A stretch of 64,000 nucleotides of DNA from Scyliorhinus canicula (taxonomy: Eukaryota). Under the pieces are notes generated by a model. That model saw only the letters and a program-made list of their open reading frames with translations, was not told the DNA's origin and ran no database searches. A program made the translations under genes and the position numbers. The stretch spans positions 5,521,203-5,585,202 of the forward strand of contig NC_052167.1 of NCBI RefSeq assembly GCF_902713615.1, written 5' to 3'. Below are positions 25,648 through 38,794 of the stretch, piece after piece (position 1 is the stretch's first letter; every line of letters begins with the position of its first letter).

Positions 25648-25969
25648 GTTTTTTGCTCGGTATGTATTAAGAAAGCAAATAAATTTAGAATGGACACAGA
25701 TACTAAATAACTGAGAACGTGACTTCACTGTAGCCGACATTGTCTAGAACTTGCGATGGACCTCAGCGATACATCCCAGAATCTGACCTGCAGCCTGAAG
25801 GATTATTAAACTCTGGTCAAACTCACCCCGTGTTTACTTAACAACAATTATACTTTACGGCCTTGGTCAATTGCTGTTTTACCGCAGAAGCAGAATAAGG
25901 CATTAGGGGGTAAATCACTTCTGCCCTTAGAAAATGTTCCAACCTCTGCATTGGTTAATGCAATGACAC

Positions 25970-26350
25970 ATGAAATGAAATAAAATGAAAATCGCTTATT
26001 GCCACAAGTAGGCTTCAAATGAAGTTACGGAGAAAAGCCCCTAGTCGCCACATTCCAGCGCCTGTTCGGGGAAGCTGTATCTATGCAAATCTTTCTCAAT
26101 AAATCCATCACATTTTAGTGATTATAACTTCCCTCACACCTCCCCTTGTCTGCGTGGGCTTCCTCCGGGTGCTCCGGTTTCCTCCCACAAGTCCCGAAAG
26201 ACGTGCTTGTTAGGTGAATTGGACATTCTGAATTCTCCCTCCGTGTACCCGAACAGGCGCCAGAATGTGGCGACTAGGGGCTTTTCACAGTAACTTCACT
26301 GCAGTGTTAATGTAAGCCTACTTGTGGCAATGAAGATTATTAGATTATTA
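25970..26350. mobile_element. Two SINE 3' fragments (minus 25970-26078; plus 26143-26350)
   Basis: Shared tail gaatgtggcgactaggggcttttcacagtaac in both orientations. Confidence 0.75.
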
Positions 26351-27139
26351 TAAATTTCTATTCAGCACCTTAAGAGTATGTCAGAAAGGAAGGACAAAAG
26401 AAAACAAATCTACTGGTTACCTCTGACATTTGGCTGACCTCTGAATCTTCCTGAGAGCAATTAACCTCTAACTGACCTCAGGAGGGCAGAACAATTAAGC
26501 TTGGTCATTTTAAACAGACATGAACATGACACCTCAGCAGCAATAAGAATATATATTCTGGTCAAAGAAGGTCAACAACTTGAAACGTTAACTCTGCTTC
26601 TCCCTCCACACGTGCTGCCGGACCTGCTGAGCAGTTTCAACATTTTCTGTGTTTATTTCAGATTTTCAGCATCTGCAGTATGTTCCGTTCCATGTAGCCA
26701 TAAATACGAAGCAGGTAAGGGTTATGTGATACTGAGCAGTTTATTCTTCAGTTTTACCCTGTGAAGCAGAGACACCAATGAGTTATTTAATGAACCATTT
26801 AAATGGCTTTCAAACATTACCTCTGTCTGCCCATGCACTGAGGACTGAACTTGTCCCAGAAAATGGCAGTGAGATGAGAAAGCTTTGCCTGAAATATCAA
26901 GCATTTTCAAGTTAATTATTCTTCAGTTTCACTTGGGCAGGTCTTTAGTATAAAAGGAGATGATCTTTGGGATCCACCATCTGAGAATGTAATATTGGTA
27001 ATGAAGACTCAGTGTGGACCTGCTGTGGTGAGTATTAATCAGATCACAAGGAGCCAAAATGTAATTTAGTGAAATCTGATGCAATTTAGCTGGCCCGAGA
27101 ATCTTACTCAGATAATACCGTTCTTCAAGAAGACAGGAA

Positions 27140-28162
27140 CAGCTGCGACAACCATCGGGTTGCCGCCCGGGAGTATGGATGGGGGGTTTCGAGCATGGCG
27201 GCGGGTGGGGGTGGGAAGGGTGGGCGATATGTTCCTGGAAGGGAGCTTTGCGAGTTTGAGGAGATTGGAGGAGAAATTTGGGCTGGTAAGGGAAAATGAT
27301 TTTAGGTACCTACAGTTGCGGGACTTTGTTCGTAGACAGGTCCCATCTTTCCCATGCCTCCTGCCAATGGGGATCCAAGACAGAATAGTCTCTAGGGGGG
27401 GAAGAAAGGGAGGATAGAGTCTCTGATATTTATAAGGTGCTCATGAGGGAGGAAGAGTCCCAGACGGAGGAACTGAAATTTAAATGGGAGGAGGAGCTAG
27501 GTGGGGAAATGGGGGACGGGCTGTGGGCAGAGGCCCTGAGTAGGGTAAATTCGACCGCGACACGTGCCAGGCTCGGGCTGATTCAATTTAAGGTCGTTCA
27601 CCGGGCCCACATGACGGTGGCTCGATGAGCAAATTCTTTGGGATAGAGGACAAATGCGCTAGGTGCGCGGGAGGACCAGTGAACCACGTTCACATGTTTT
27701 GGGCATGCCCTAAGCTTAGGGGGTACTGGGAGGGATTTGCGGGCGTCATGTCCCAGGTGCTAAAACGAGGGTGGCGATGGGTCCAGGGGTGGCAATTTTT
27801 GGGGTTTCGGAAGACCCAGGAGTCCAGGGGGAGAAAGAGGCCGATGTTTTGGCCTTTGCTTCCCTGATAGCCCAGCGATGAATACTATGGGCGTGGAGGG
27901 ACTCAAAGCCCCCAAAGACTGAGTTGTGGCTTGCAGACATGTCGAGTTTCCTGGGTATGGAAAAAATTAGAGTAGAGTAGGAGGGATAAAATGGCAGGTA
28001 GTACCGGTGGGAGAGGAGCGGGCTTGTGCAGTATGTTACGATTTAAATATTGAATGTACGTGGATGTTTGCACATTTTTGCCTTTTTTGCTTTCTTTCTG
28101 TTGATGTCTGTAACTGTTTACAAAGCCAAAAACTACCTCAATAAAATTGTTTATTGAAAAAA
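27140..28162 (+). mobile_element. 5'-truncated L1-clade LINE (ORF2 C-terminus, 3' UTR, poly-A)
   Basis: FRYLQLRDF, WEEELG, IQFKVVHR, CARCAGGPVNHVHMFWACPKL (CCHC); aataaa and A-tail; 13-bp TSD aagaagacaggaa at 27127-39 and 28163-75. Confidence 0.92.
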
Positions 28163-28649
28163 AAGAAGACAGGAAGAGATGTTAGAAAATAGGTCAAAAT
28201 GCGGCATTAATCAAATTCACACATGTGGGTGACGGAAACAGCTCCACATTCAACAAGAGAGATTCTCTCGTATTGTCAGATTTCACCTTAACCTCAAACA
28301 GCTTCGATAGAGCCGCTGGTGGGAGATCAGGTCGGGTTCCTCAGGCTGGACTGAATCCAAAACAGGAAAGTTGAGGAATGTCCACTCCGTCTAGGAGCCT
28401 CCCTGCACTTTGATCTGGCCTCAGCTCAGCCTCATTCTAGATCCAGGCTGTGCACCCGGACTGGAACTGGAGCAGATCAAATCGAAACAGCGGGCGCTGT
28501 CGAACGGTCTCTTCATGCCCACCTCGATGATGTGACGAGGCTGTTAAAGCTCGCGAGAAGCCTCTTGCAAGATTTGCGACCTAATGAGATTTCGTGAGAC
28601 GTCGCAACCGAGATTTCGACCTCGCTGGGCGATATCCAGATTTACATAA

Positions 28650-28878
28650 TTTTTAAAAATGCATTTAGAGTATCCAATTCTTTTTTTTCCGATTAAGGGG
28701 CAATTTAGCGTGGCCAATCCACCTACTCTGCACATCTTTGGGTTGTGGGTGTGAGACCCACGTAGACATGGGGAGAATGTGCAAACTCCGCACGGACAGT
28801 GACCTGGGGCCGGATCGAACCCGGGTCCTCAGCACCGTGAGGCAGCAGTGCTAACCACTGCACCATCGTGCGGCCCCC
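28650..28878 (-). mobile_element. Short V-SINE variant
   Basis: Matches 1559-1783. Confidence 0.85.
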
Positions 28879-29077
28879 ATATTTACCCTTCCTTATTGTT
28901 GACTCAAGAGCTTTCGTAATGAGTCTGTTGTGATGCGATGGTGTTCATCTAGGATTTAGGGAGTGATTTGGTATCGTTAGTGACTTCCTCATCGCATCCC
29001 TCCTGCTGTCCTCTCCCCTTCCAATAGAAGTAAAGAGCTGAAGTTGGGCGGCAAGGTGATGCAGTGGTTAGCACTAC

Positions 29078-29270
29078 TTTCCAATTAAGGGGCAATTTAG
29101 CATGGCCAATCCACCTACCCTGCACATCTTTGGGTTGTGGGGGTCAAACCCACGCAAACACGGGGAGAATGTGCAAACTCCACACGGACAGTGGCCTGGG
29201 ACTGGGATCAAAACCGGGTCCTCGGCGGTGTGAGGCAGCAGTGCTAACCACTGCGCCACCGTGCCACCCC
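29078..29270 (-). mobile_element. Short V-SINE variant
   Basis: Matches 1559-1783. Confidence 0.85.
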
Positions 29271-29271
29271 C

Positions 29272-29395
29272 CCAGATTTACATATTTAAGGTTCATTTAA
29301 ATATATTGGTGCCCGATTCACCCGAGGCTCTGGAACAAATGCCACCGCAGCATTTATCACTGGTCCACAAATACGTGGACGGAGCGTAACAGCAT

Positions 29396-29427
<32 letters not shown>

Positions 29428-29880
29428 GTCGGGTCTCCAAGGCCATCAGAGACCCCCGGGTGCATGTCTGGGCAGGGTGGTACTCTGGGCATTCCCACTG
29501 CCACCCGAGCACCATGGCACTGCCAGCCTGGTACCCTAGCAGTACCACCCAGCAGGGTTCCCAGCCCTTAAGAAGTGGGGTGAAGGGGGGACTTGAGGAC
29601 CCACTAAAACGTAAGCTGGGGCACTGGGGGTTGGGGGGGGGGGGATCCGGAGGCTGCGGAGATGGGTCGATAGAGCGGGGCAGCATTTAAAGATGGCTTA
29701 GCTCATCTGTGCAGGAAGTGAGATAACTGCGGCCCCAGCGAGGAGTTCCCAACGAGACCAGACAAAAACATCCGAGTCCCGTTTGATAGCGGGGCTGGTT
29801 TTGGTGCTGCAGGCGCTGAGGAACACTCGGCTACACGTGTCCAAAACCAGGCTCGGTTTTTTGGGCATTAAATGACGGCC
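29272..29880. mobile_element. GC-rich non-autonomous DNA element (family B), partial; contains ~30-nt poly-G
   Basis: Similar to 50145-50978 (gatttacatatttaag, ccatggcactgccagcctgg); left part likely at ~28545-28648. Confidence 0.6.
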
Positions 29881-29984
29881 AGCATCAGCGGGGAGAGTGA
29901 ATGCAGCGAAGGAGCACATTGTCACAACACGATTTCTGCTTGAAATAACCAGTGTTAAGAACTGGAGATATGTCATTGCTGTCT

Positions 29985-30286
29985 TCGAATCCCCACAGTG
30001 CAGGAGGAGGCCATTTGGAATCGAGTCTGCACTGACCCTCCAAAGGCGCATCTACCAAGGCCCTCTCCCCCGCCCTATCCCCGTAACCCTGCGCATTGAC
30101 CATGGCCAGTCCACCTAACAGCACGTCTTTCGGGGCTTGTGGGAGGAAACCAGAGCACCCGGAGGAAACCCACGCCGACACGGGGCGAACGTGCAAACTC
30201 CACACAGACAGTCACCTGAGACCGGGAATCGAACCTGGGACCCTGGCGCTGTGAGGGTGGAGTGCTAAACACTTTGCCACCGTGCA
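29985..30286 (-). mobile_element. HE1-type V-SINE
   Basis: Head, V-domain and tail on minus strand. Confidence 0.85.
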
Positions 30287-30512
30287 TTCCATATGTTGGT
30301 ACAGTACCATCTTTTCAAATAACTGTGCTTTACCTGACGACTGTGCATTTGAACAGGGATTGTTAAAAGGGATAAACATTTTGAAGTTTTTGATAGTTAG
30401 ACCTGGCCACCTTAGTTCCTCCTTGGTTTTGGAAGCTTCAATTTAAGTCAGCTGGAACTCGGTTATATTTCTACTACAGATTGGACATTTATCTGGTCAC
30501 GTTTTCATTCAG

Positions 30513-30620
30513 GGGTAAAGATGACCGTCACTCAGTATTCCTAAACTAGGACTGCTCATCTTCAACATATCCCTCCCACGGCCTCCGTTAAGTAAGATCT
30601 TGTGAACTAGAGAGATTCGG
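30513..30620 (+). other. Candidate non-coding exon
   Basis: gttttcattcag acceptor and gg|gtgagt donor; stops in all frames. Confidence 0.3.
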
Positions 30621-31014
30621 GTGAGTTCATTCATTGAAAAGAAAGCAATACAAAATGGACGAAACCAGGAAACGAGATCACCTAAGTACACAACCTGTGT
30701 CTATCCTGTCAGCACAAACTCATCGTACCATCTACGTCTCAACTGCCTCGAGACTCTGGAAAATTCTTAAATGAATTCTAAGATTCCTGTCTCGCCCACA
30801 CATCCTCATCAACACGAGGACTAATTTCCCAAAGCTCCATTTTAATGCAAGTTTCAACTCTAGAGGAGGCGAATCAGCCCCTTGAGCCTGTCCCAACATT
30901 CAATGAGATCGTGGCTGATCCGTATTGTAATTCCATCCATCCGCCTCGATTCCATTCCCCTCAACACCCTTGCCTGAAGAAACTTTTTCAATGTCAGTTT
31001 TGAAATGTTTAATT

Positions 31015-31246
31015 TTTTTTATTATTATAAATTTAGAGTACCCAATTCATTTTTTCCAATTAAGGGGCAATTTTAGCGTGGCCAATCCACCTCGCCTGCA
31101 CATCTTTGAGTTGTGGGGGTCAGACCCACACAGACACGGGGAGAATGTGCAAACTCCACACGGACAGTGACCCAGAGCCGGGATCGAACCTGGGACCTCG
31201 GCGCCAAGCGACAGCAGTGCTAACCACTGTGCCACCGTGCAGCCCC
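31015..31246 (-). mobile_element. Short V-SINE variant
   Basis: Matches 1559-1783. Confidence 0.85.
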
Positions 31247-31526
31247 CTGAAATGTTTAATTAACTCACAACCTCAACAGCTACTTGGGGAAGGAGTTCCA
31301 GATTTCTGCTCCCCCATGTGTGAAGCATACTTCCCGGCATCTCCCCACAATGGTCCAGCTCCAATTGTGAAGTTATTCTCCCTTCTGGAGAGAGAAAGTA
31401 GTTTCTCTCGTTACCCTATCGGCCCCTTTACATCTTCAACACGTCAAGTACGTGGTCCCTTTATCCTCCATACCCTGGTCCATACAAGCTGACATCATAA
31501 TTTATTTTCTTCCCCATCTCAACCAG

Positions 31527-31684
31527 GGTACCTCACAGTCCTGATGATTTATGCATCATGTTACAGATACTCCTTACCAACCTGGAAACATGGATTCACC
31601 TGGAACTGGAGGTGAAAAAAGAGAGTTAAAATTCAAGAGCGATGAGGGAACAGAGTCTGAAAAATCTCCATCCAAATCCTTCAG
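31527..31684 (+). other. Candidate exon containing ATG 31590 (MDSPGTGGEKRELKFKSDEGTESEKSPSKSF)
   Basis: Long pyrimidine tract plus cag acceptor; aacATGg Kozak; cag|gtgatt donor. No homology recognised. Confidence 0.33.
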
Positions 31685-31765
31685 GTGATTAAAACTAATC
31701 CACAAGACGTTGACTTATGCGTTTTGATATTCTTTCATGGCACGTAGGTGTTGCTGGCAAATCCT

Positions 31766-32451
31766 GGGCGCGATTCTCCGGACTCACGACCCGTCGGAGA
31801 ATAGCGGGCGGCGCGAATTTTTATGGCCACGCTGGTCCGATGCCCTCCCACTATTCTCCCCCCCCCCCCCCCACGGCCGCCCCCAAACACGAATCGCTGC
31901 TCACCGTTTTTTTATGGCGAGCAGCGATTCTCCCCTGGCCGATGGGCCGATTTCCAAGGCCTTTACGGCCGTTTTTACGAATTAAAAACACACCTGCTCT
32001 CACCGTTCGTAAAAACGGCCGTAAAGTGCCGTTCTGGGGAACCATGGCACCGATTTGCACGGCCGCACCACGGCCATGCCAAGGGTGCCATGGGCCCGCG
32101 ATCGGTGGGCACCGATCGTGGGCAGCGGGTACTTACCCCGCGCACTCTTTCTTACTCCGCCGCCCCGATGGATCCGTCCGCGGGGCTTCTGAGGGGCATA
32201 ACGGCCCGCGCATGCGCGGGTTTCACGCATATGCGTGATGACGTCATCATGTGCGTCAGCCGTCGCTAACTTTGGCGGGCGGGCTTAGCGAAATTCGTTA
32301 AGCCCGCGATGCCGGAGTTCACGGCCGCGCGATGCTAGCCCCGACCGGGGAGCAGAATCGGGTCCCGGGCGGGGGCTCGGAGGCTGCCGTGAAACACGGC
32401 CGTTTTCGTGGCAGCCTTCACGACCCGCCGCCTTTGGGGAGAATCGCGCCC
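31766..32451. mobile_element. PIF/Harbinger-type MITE (family D)
   Basis: Perfect 14-bp TIR gggcgcgattctcc / ggagaatcgcgccc; TSD cct (31763-65, 32452-54); similar to 55806-56543. Confidence 0.88.
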
Positions 32452-33494
32452 CCTGTATTTGTTGTCCATCCCTAATTGCTCTTGAACTGAGTGGCAGAGG
32501 ATCATTAACAGTCTGCCATATTCATTTAAAGGCCGCAGATTTTCTTCCGTAAATGGGGCGGCAACCGGATGGGTTGTAGTAACAATTTGAATTTAAATTC
32601 CACAAGCAGCTCGGGTGGGGTTTGAACCCACATCCCCACGGTGTTTGCCTGGACTTCTACATTGCTACCCAGGAACATTACCACTTTGCCGCTGTCTCAC
32701 CCACAGCCTGCACCCTGGATACTTCTTGTACAATCCAACATCTGCCCCGTCACACTCACCACGCCATGTCTTTCTGAAGCCGTGCGCCTCCACCTTCAAA
32801 AGTCTCCTGAGTACCGACCTCCTCAACCTGAGCTCCAGTCGCCTTTTCCAACTCTTGACCAGTGCGGAGTCTTACGTGGCCTCCTTGGAGTCACTTCATG
32901 AGGCTTCACGATGACCCTGGAGGCTGGATCAGAGATAGGACTGTCACATAATATCCCAAGGAAACCTTAAATTCCACAGAGGAAACCGCAGTTTTGTAAT
33001 ATCCCCAATAGAGGCAAATTGATTTGTCAATTTAAGATTTTGAAATAAAATAAAGAAACATTTGAAAACAAATATAAAGTAACAAACATATTTATTCTAT
33101 CCATTATGGTGAAGGGAGGGAAATAGATCATTGGTAAATAAATCAGAGTGTACAAGCTATGAATACAGTTCGGACTGATGACTGATATTTTGAAATAGAT
33201 AGAGTCATTGAAATAAATCTCAGATTTTTGTGAACTAAATCTAAATTGCCTTGTCTTTTAAAACTCAATTTTTCCCTTGAGTGGGTTTCTACCTTAGCAA
33301 TAAGCAAATGATGGAAAGCTAAATTATTTATCCACTCCGAGCTCACAAGAACAGGTGTATTTGATTATTAACAATATCATAAGGAGTATTTTTTTAACAA
33401 AAGGGAAGAGGAAATGTTGAATTCATCTGATGCTGAGTGAATCCACAGAATCCAACTGAAGTCGATCGGAATTTTAAAAATCATCTTTTCATAA

Positions 33495-33820
33495 GGGGGC
33501 CTCACGGTAGCATGGTGGTTAGCATCAATGCTTCACAGCTCCAGGGTCCCAGGTTCAATTCCCGGCTGGGTCACTGTCTGTGTGGAGTCTGCACGTCCTC
33601 CCCGTGTGTGCGTGGGTTTCCTCCGGGTGCTCCGGTTTCCTCCCACAGTCCAAAGATGTGCGGGTTAGGTGGATTGGCCATGCTAAATTGCCCGTAGTGT
33701 AAGGTTAATGGGGGGATTGTTGGGTTACGGGTTACGTGGGTTTAAGTGGGGTGATCATTGCTCGGCACAACATCGAGGGCCGAAGGGCCTGTTCTGTGCT
33801 GTACTGTTCTATGTTCTATA
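33495..33820 (+). mobile_element. HE1-type V-SINE, full length
   Basis: Near-identical to 1975-2329. Confidence 0.92.
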
Positions 33821-33834
33821 ACAAGCAATTACCT

Positions 33835-34114
33835 TTATTAGTGTCACAAGCAGGCTTACATTAAAACTGCAATGAGGTTACTGTGAAAAGCCCCGGATCG
33901 CCACACTCCAGCGCCTGTTTGGGTACACAGAGGGAGAATTCAGAATGTCCGATTCACCAAACAAGCACATCTTTCGGGACTTGTGGGAGGAAACCGGAGC
34001 ACCCGGAGGAAACGCACACAGACACGGGGAGAAGGTGCAGACTCCGCATAGACAGTGACCCAAGCCGGAATCCAACACTGTGCGCTGTGAGGCAACAGGG
34101 CTAACCACTGTGCT
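33835..34114 (-). mobile_element. V-SINE with alternative tail
   Basis: Matches 1153-1460. Confidence 0.85.
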
Positions 34115-34159
34115 ATTGGCAATACCAATCCAAGCAAACTGAATGGTTCCGTTAGGCTC

Positions 34160-34620
34160 TCGGTGTCAGCTGTGGTTCCGTGTATTAGTCCTCTCACCTT
34201 TTGAAGGCAGGAGGGTGCGGGTAGACGTCCAACTCCAGCGACTTGTGCGCCGGTTCTGTGCTGGATGTCCAGATCAGTACTGAGGGAGTGCTGCCCTGCT
34301 GGCAGTGATGGCTCCTGGATGAATGGTTGAGCTGAGGCCCGCCGTGCCATCTCAGCTGGAAGCGAAAGGCTCCACCACCCGTACTTCAGAAATCGCGGCA
34401 TTTATCCCTGGGTGCTGACCAATATTTCTAACCTGCTCTCAGATCATTAAAACGCACCAGCTAGTCATTATCAGGTTGCTGTTTGTGGGAGCTTGCTGTG
34501 CTCAAATTGGCTGCTGCGTTTCCCACATTACAACAGTAACTACACTCAGTTCGTTGGCCGCAAAGCACTTTGGGATGTCCGGTGGCTGTGAATTGTGCTA
34601 AAAAAATGCAAGTCTTTCTT
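34160..34620 (+). mobile_element. Deu-domain SINE (SacSINE1-like), near full length, old
   Basis: cagtactgagggagtgctgc; Deu core gctgtttgtgggagcttgctgtgctcaaattggctgctgcgtttcccacattacaacag; L2-like tail ..aaatgcaagt. Confidence 0.8.
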
Positions 34621-34957
34621 TAGAAGTTGCGAATTAAGTTATTCCTTTGGCGAAGTAGCCGCTCTCTCTCCATGTCATGCCCTCATTTTCAAAGAGATTC
34701 TAATCATGGCTCATGCCCTGATGTAGGCCCCAAGAACCACCTTAGCTGGTACAGGGATAGAACCCATGTTTTTGACATTATTCTGCACCACACTCCAGCC
34801 TTAAAGATAACTAGGCTAATCAGTCCATCAGCCAGAACACCCGAGGAACCTGATTTAAATGGAGCTGGAATGGACTCTGCGTACAAAGTTTAAACCTAAG
34901 GCTCTCAGTCTTGCTTCTGCTGTCCTGACATATGAATCAAGCTAACTCTCTTTTCAG

Positions 34958-35022
34958 ACTTTGTTCGAAGAAGGAGCCGACTATTAATACATCAATTTCG
35001 TCAGGAAGACGCGATCCCAGAG
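34958..35022 (+). other. Candidate 65-nt exon
   Basis: ctaac branch-like motif, ctctcttttcag acceptor, ag|gtgagg donor; open in two frames. Confidence 0.35.
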
Positions 35023-35318
35023 GTGAGGGGCCTCGTTAGCAGCAACATGAAAGTGATTTACTTTCGCAGAGGAAGTGAATTAGAACTGGTGTGCTCGAGA
35101 GAAATACACAAACAACAAGGGTGGCTGTCAGATGCTTTCTAGAATTCAACGGCTTTCGAATAACGCCGTGGAAATCTCACCCCATAAACATTTCACAGGA
35201 TCGTGCAAATCAGAGGGGGACTTTCAATGAAACACACAGTACTGCAGCCCGGGGCCCTGGCCAATGGGGAGCGGACCCATACGGAAAGTTGACTGTCGTG
35301 ATGGGGAGGCCATGGGGA

Positions 35319-35422
35319 CACCAATCAGAGCCTTGGTATCTCTAAATTTCCTTGATAGGCTCAATAGATTCGAATGAGCCTATCAAAAGGCAATGCAGAA
35401 TAACATTGAGCTCTGATTGGTG
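35319..35422. repeat. Imperfect inverted repeat/hairpin
   Basis: caccaatcagagc / gctctgattggtg (13 bp) enclosing ttgataggctca / tgagcctatcaa (12 bp). Confidence 0.85.
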
Positions 35423-36057
35423 GATTCTCCTTTCAAGCGGGAAAACATTTTGCCAGACGGTGAGGGGTGATGGAGGCTGAGAGCAGTTCAGACACGAATC
35501 CCCTGAATCGGTGTGAAGTTTCTGAATTTTCATTGAGAAAAGGGGCAAAACAAAACCATCCAAAAAGGACAGAGGCTGCCAGGCCTGATAGTCCGCAACA
35601 CCCGCGGTCAACGAGGGTCGAGGCTCAACCCGAGCGAGAGCCGATAGCTGAGCAGAGAGCAGTCAGGGGGTGAAGAAGGCCAGACCACCAGTGGCGCCGT
35701 GCCTCAGGGAATCTGGGAACAGCGGCCAGCGAGAACGGGAGCGGAAGCAGGGCGACCAAAGTCAGAGGCCAGCCAGGCAGAGCTGGGAGCGGGAAGGTTG
35801 GGCAACAAACAGCATCTTCTACTTCTCATTTTTGAATTTTGAATTTACTGCCTTTTTTGGTGTCAGCCATTTCTCTATCTAATGGATTGTGGTGTGCTGT
35901 ACGATACCCGGCAGCTTTCCCAAAAATTATTGCCAGCAGCCAGCTACTCCGGGCGGAGTTTGGCCGTGAATTCCAGCTCACCCTCATACCAATTCTTTTC
36001 ACAATTTCTGAAGACTCTCAAATTGTAGAAATCAGGACAGATCACCCCCCAGTCAAC

Positions 36058-36853
36058 GTGAAGAGACACGATGAATCTGACAGGCAAAAACACAGGTGAG
36101 ACAAGAGGATGAATCTCAGCAAAGAGACAGTTTGGCACTTTACTTTAAAAGGTTTGGATCATTGAACGGTGCCCAAACTACACATTCATCCTCAACAATA
36201 ACATCATCAAGAGGTCTTTGATGACTTTTACCTGCTGATTTCCGGAGACAACACATTGCTGGAAAAACTTGAACAAGGTGTAACACCAACATTAACAACA
36301 GGTCCCTCTGATGAAAGGAAAAGTGAAGGTCATCGTTGAGACTGTCAACATTATTCGTGACACAGGGATGGTGCGATTACAGAGTAGAAGTGAATCTCTG
36401 AAGAAGACTGTTGAATTATTTTGCGCGCTTTTTGACAAAAGTTTGGATGAGGGTGCAGTCAGAGGTTAATTGAATTCACCAGGAGGACACAGGCACAAAT
36501 CTTTTTGAAGGTGAAGTGAAACAATTAATTCATTTCATCGATAATTATGAGCTCTGTGCTTCGAGATCACCAGCTGATTTTTACAGACTTGTATGTGATG
36601 GTTTGCAGGCAACCTTTCCAAATGTGGAAACTATTCTAAAGATCTTTCAACAATCCCTGTCACAAATGCCTCCAGTGAATGTTCTTCCTCTGTATTAAAA
36701 AGATTGAAATATTATCTGCAAAGTATGATGAGTCAGGAACATTTAACAAATTCAGCAATACTGACAATCGAAAACGAATCCTTACAAGATTTTGCCTATG
36801 ATGATGTGATTGATAATTTTGCGAAGATAAAGTTCAGAGGAAAAGCTATCTAA
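36058..36853 (+). pseudogene. Decayed, internally deleted hAT (ZMYM1/Tip100-like) transposase
   Basis: C-terminal dimerisation-domain relic LQATFPNVETILKIF..LKRLKYYLQSMMSQEHLTNSAILTIENE..YDDVIDNFAK; basic N-terminus VKRHDESDRQKHR; frameshifts and stops. Confidence 0.82.
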
Positions 36854-38794
36854 GTTGCCATGGATTGTAAACAACTAAGGACGCAAGAAAATCCAACAAA
36901 TCTGTCCCTCCACCATGTTCTCCAGTCTAAAATCTGTCCTTTAGAGAGAATATCTGCTGGTCTGATATATTGACTGGTGGTTACATGTGGGCAGTTATAA
37001 CTGGTGAGTAACCTCCATCCCCCTTTGCTCTATACTGGCCTTCAGAAAGTCTCTTCTTACTTCTCTGGACAATTCAGGAACGGAATCCTGCTAGACAGTT
37101 GCCAGCAAAGTCACCGATAGTAGACTTGGCCTGGAAGCTCCACTTCATTGGAGCATTTGCCCCATACACTGGACTTTTTCTGGCTGATTCTGTTCTGCAC
37201 TGACCTGTGCTGTTCTGCAGTTATATCACCGGCTAATTTCTCCACCCTGTTGCTCATCAGCCAGTTTCATGTTTGCCTTCCGCAAAACACGCAGATCGCA
37301 ACATTGACCATCTCTGCCGTCACGCTGACAACAGGCAGGCTTTGATTTCAATTGATCAATTACAGTACAGGCCTGTTATTGGTCTTAAGTTAAAGAGCAC
37401 TACAGCAGTCCTCCAAGCAGTGATTTTGGGTTTCTGTGCTTTGCACTGTGTGAGCTGAGGGTGGATGGGGTCAAGAGGTCATGGACATAATTCAGGGTGG
37501 GGCTCGATGGCATTGTGGCTGGGGCTCAATGTCATTGAGGGCAGGTCGATACATGGGGTCCTCCAAAGAAGGAGATCGATGGCCTCCAGAAGTGTAAGTC
37601 CGCCTCTGATTTTAACGGCAGCATTAAGCGAGTTCAAACAGAACAATTCAGGCTTCCCCCCCCCCCCCCCCAACACTTCTCATATTCAGAGCTGGACTGC
37701 ATCTTCTCCAAGCAAGTTCAATTCCTTGGCAACCAACAAGTCTTTATGCTTCCGTCAACAAATGTAGAACAATTTCTCTGACATTGCAATAAATTGCTCT
37801 TTGGAGACTATGTGAGATACCTGCCATGTCTTTAAGTCTTCTCCTTAAAACACATTGAACTATAACACCCTTTGCACAGGCTAAGCAATTTGTTAAGATT
37901 TATCTCCAGGTAAAAACCAACAAACGGAGCACAGTGTAGCAAGAGGTTAATCTGACAAAATAAACAACCAACGTAACTTGGTAAAACGGGCTACTTTTAA
38001 AAAGAAAAATCCAAATTCACGGCAGTGTTTCGGAACAAGTTCTCGATAGCATGAACAGTAACACAGTGCGATATTCGAGCACAGATAGTTGCTTAACACA
38101 TTCTGCTGAAATTCTTTTCTCCAATATTTAACGAGGCATTAAATCACTCATTTTAAATGGATTGCTGCTTTTGCTCAAACATTGGAGAGGGCAGTTTCGA
38201 AACCTGCACGTCTTGAGATAGCAAAACTTAAGTATCTTTAAATAGTAATAGTGTGAGTCTGTAATTAATGGCAGAAATGGTCTATTACGGTGTGATGAGA
38301 AACTAAACTCATTTAATTCTGTCCCGACCACTCACTGTGAGATGATTGAGGCCTGTACCTGACACACGCAATTAAGTATTGAGTTACAAAAGGCAGGGAG
38401 GAAAAAGTATCATTACAAAGTTGTGTTTCTCGCAATCAAGCAACTTGTCTTCAGTCTAATTATTGTAAATAGAGGATTTTACATGTTACATACAAAATCA
38501 CAAAGGGATCACACATAATTGAAACTATCATAGACAGCTCATTTCAACGTTTTCATTTTAGCTTCACAATTCTTTGCAAAAGAAATGTGATTTGAATGAA
38601 TATATCAGAAGGGGTACATTAAAAGTTATTTGAGGATGGAGAGTGGCTACGCAAATTGGAATAGAGCATGCTGTCGTGGGGTAGAGGGGAACTCCATAAA
38701 TTTGTAAAATGCAAACAATTGTGTGAAGCAAGTTTCAGTAGACTCATGGTATCAGTGATCATTATCCCCTTGTCATATCTCCTCAGAAGCTCTT

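Noticed and set aside
29397-29426. Long poly-G run (also poly-C at about 54633-54661 and 62581-62618)
   Set aside because: Homopolymer expansions inside GC-rich repeats; lengths may be sequencing-dependent
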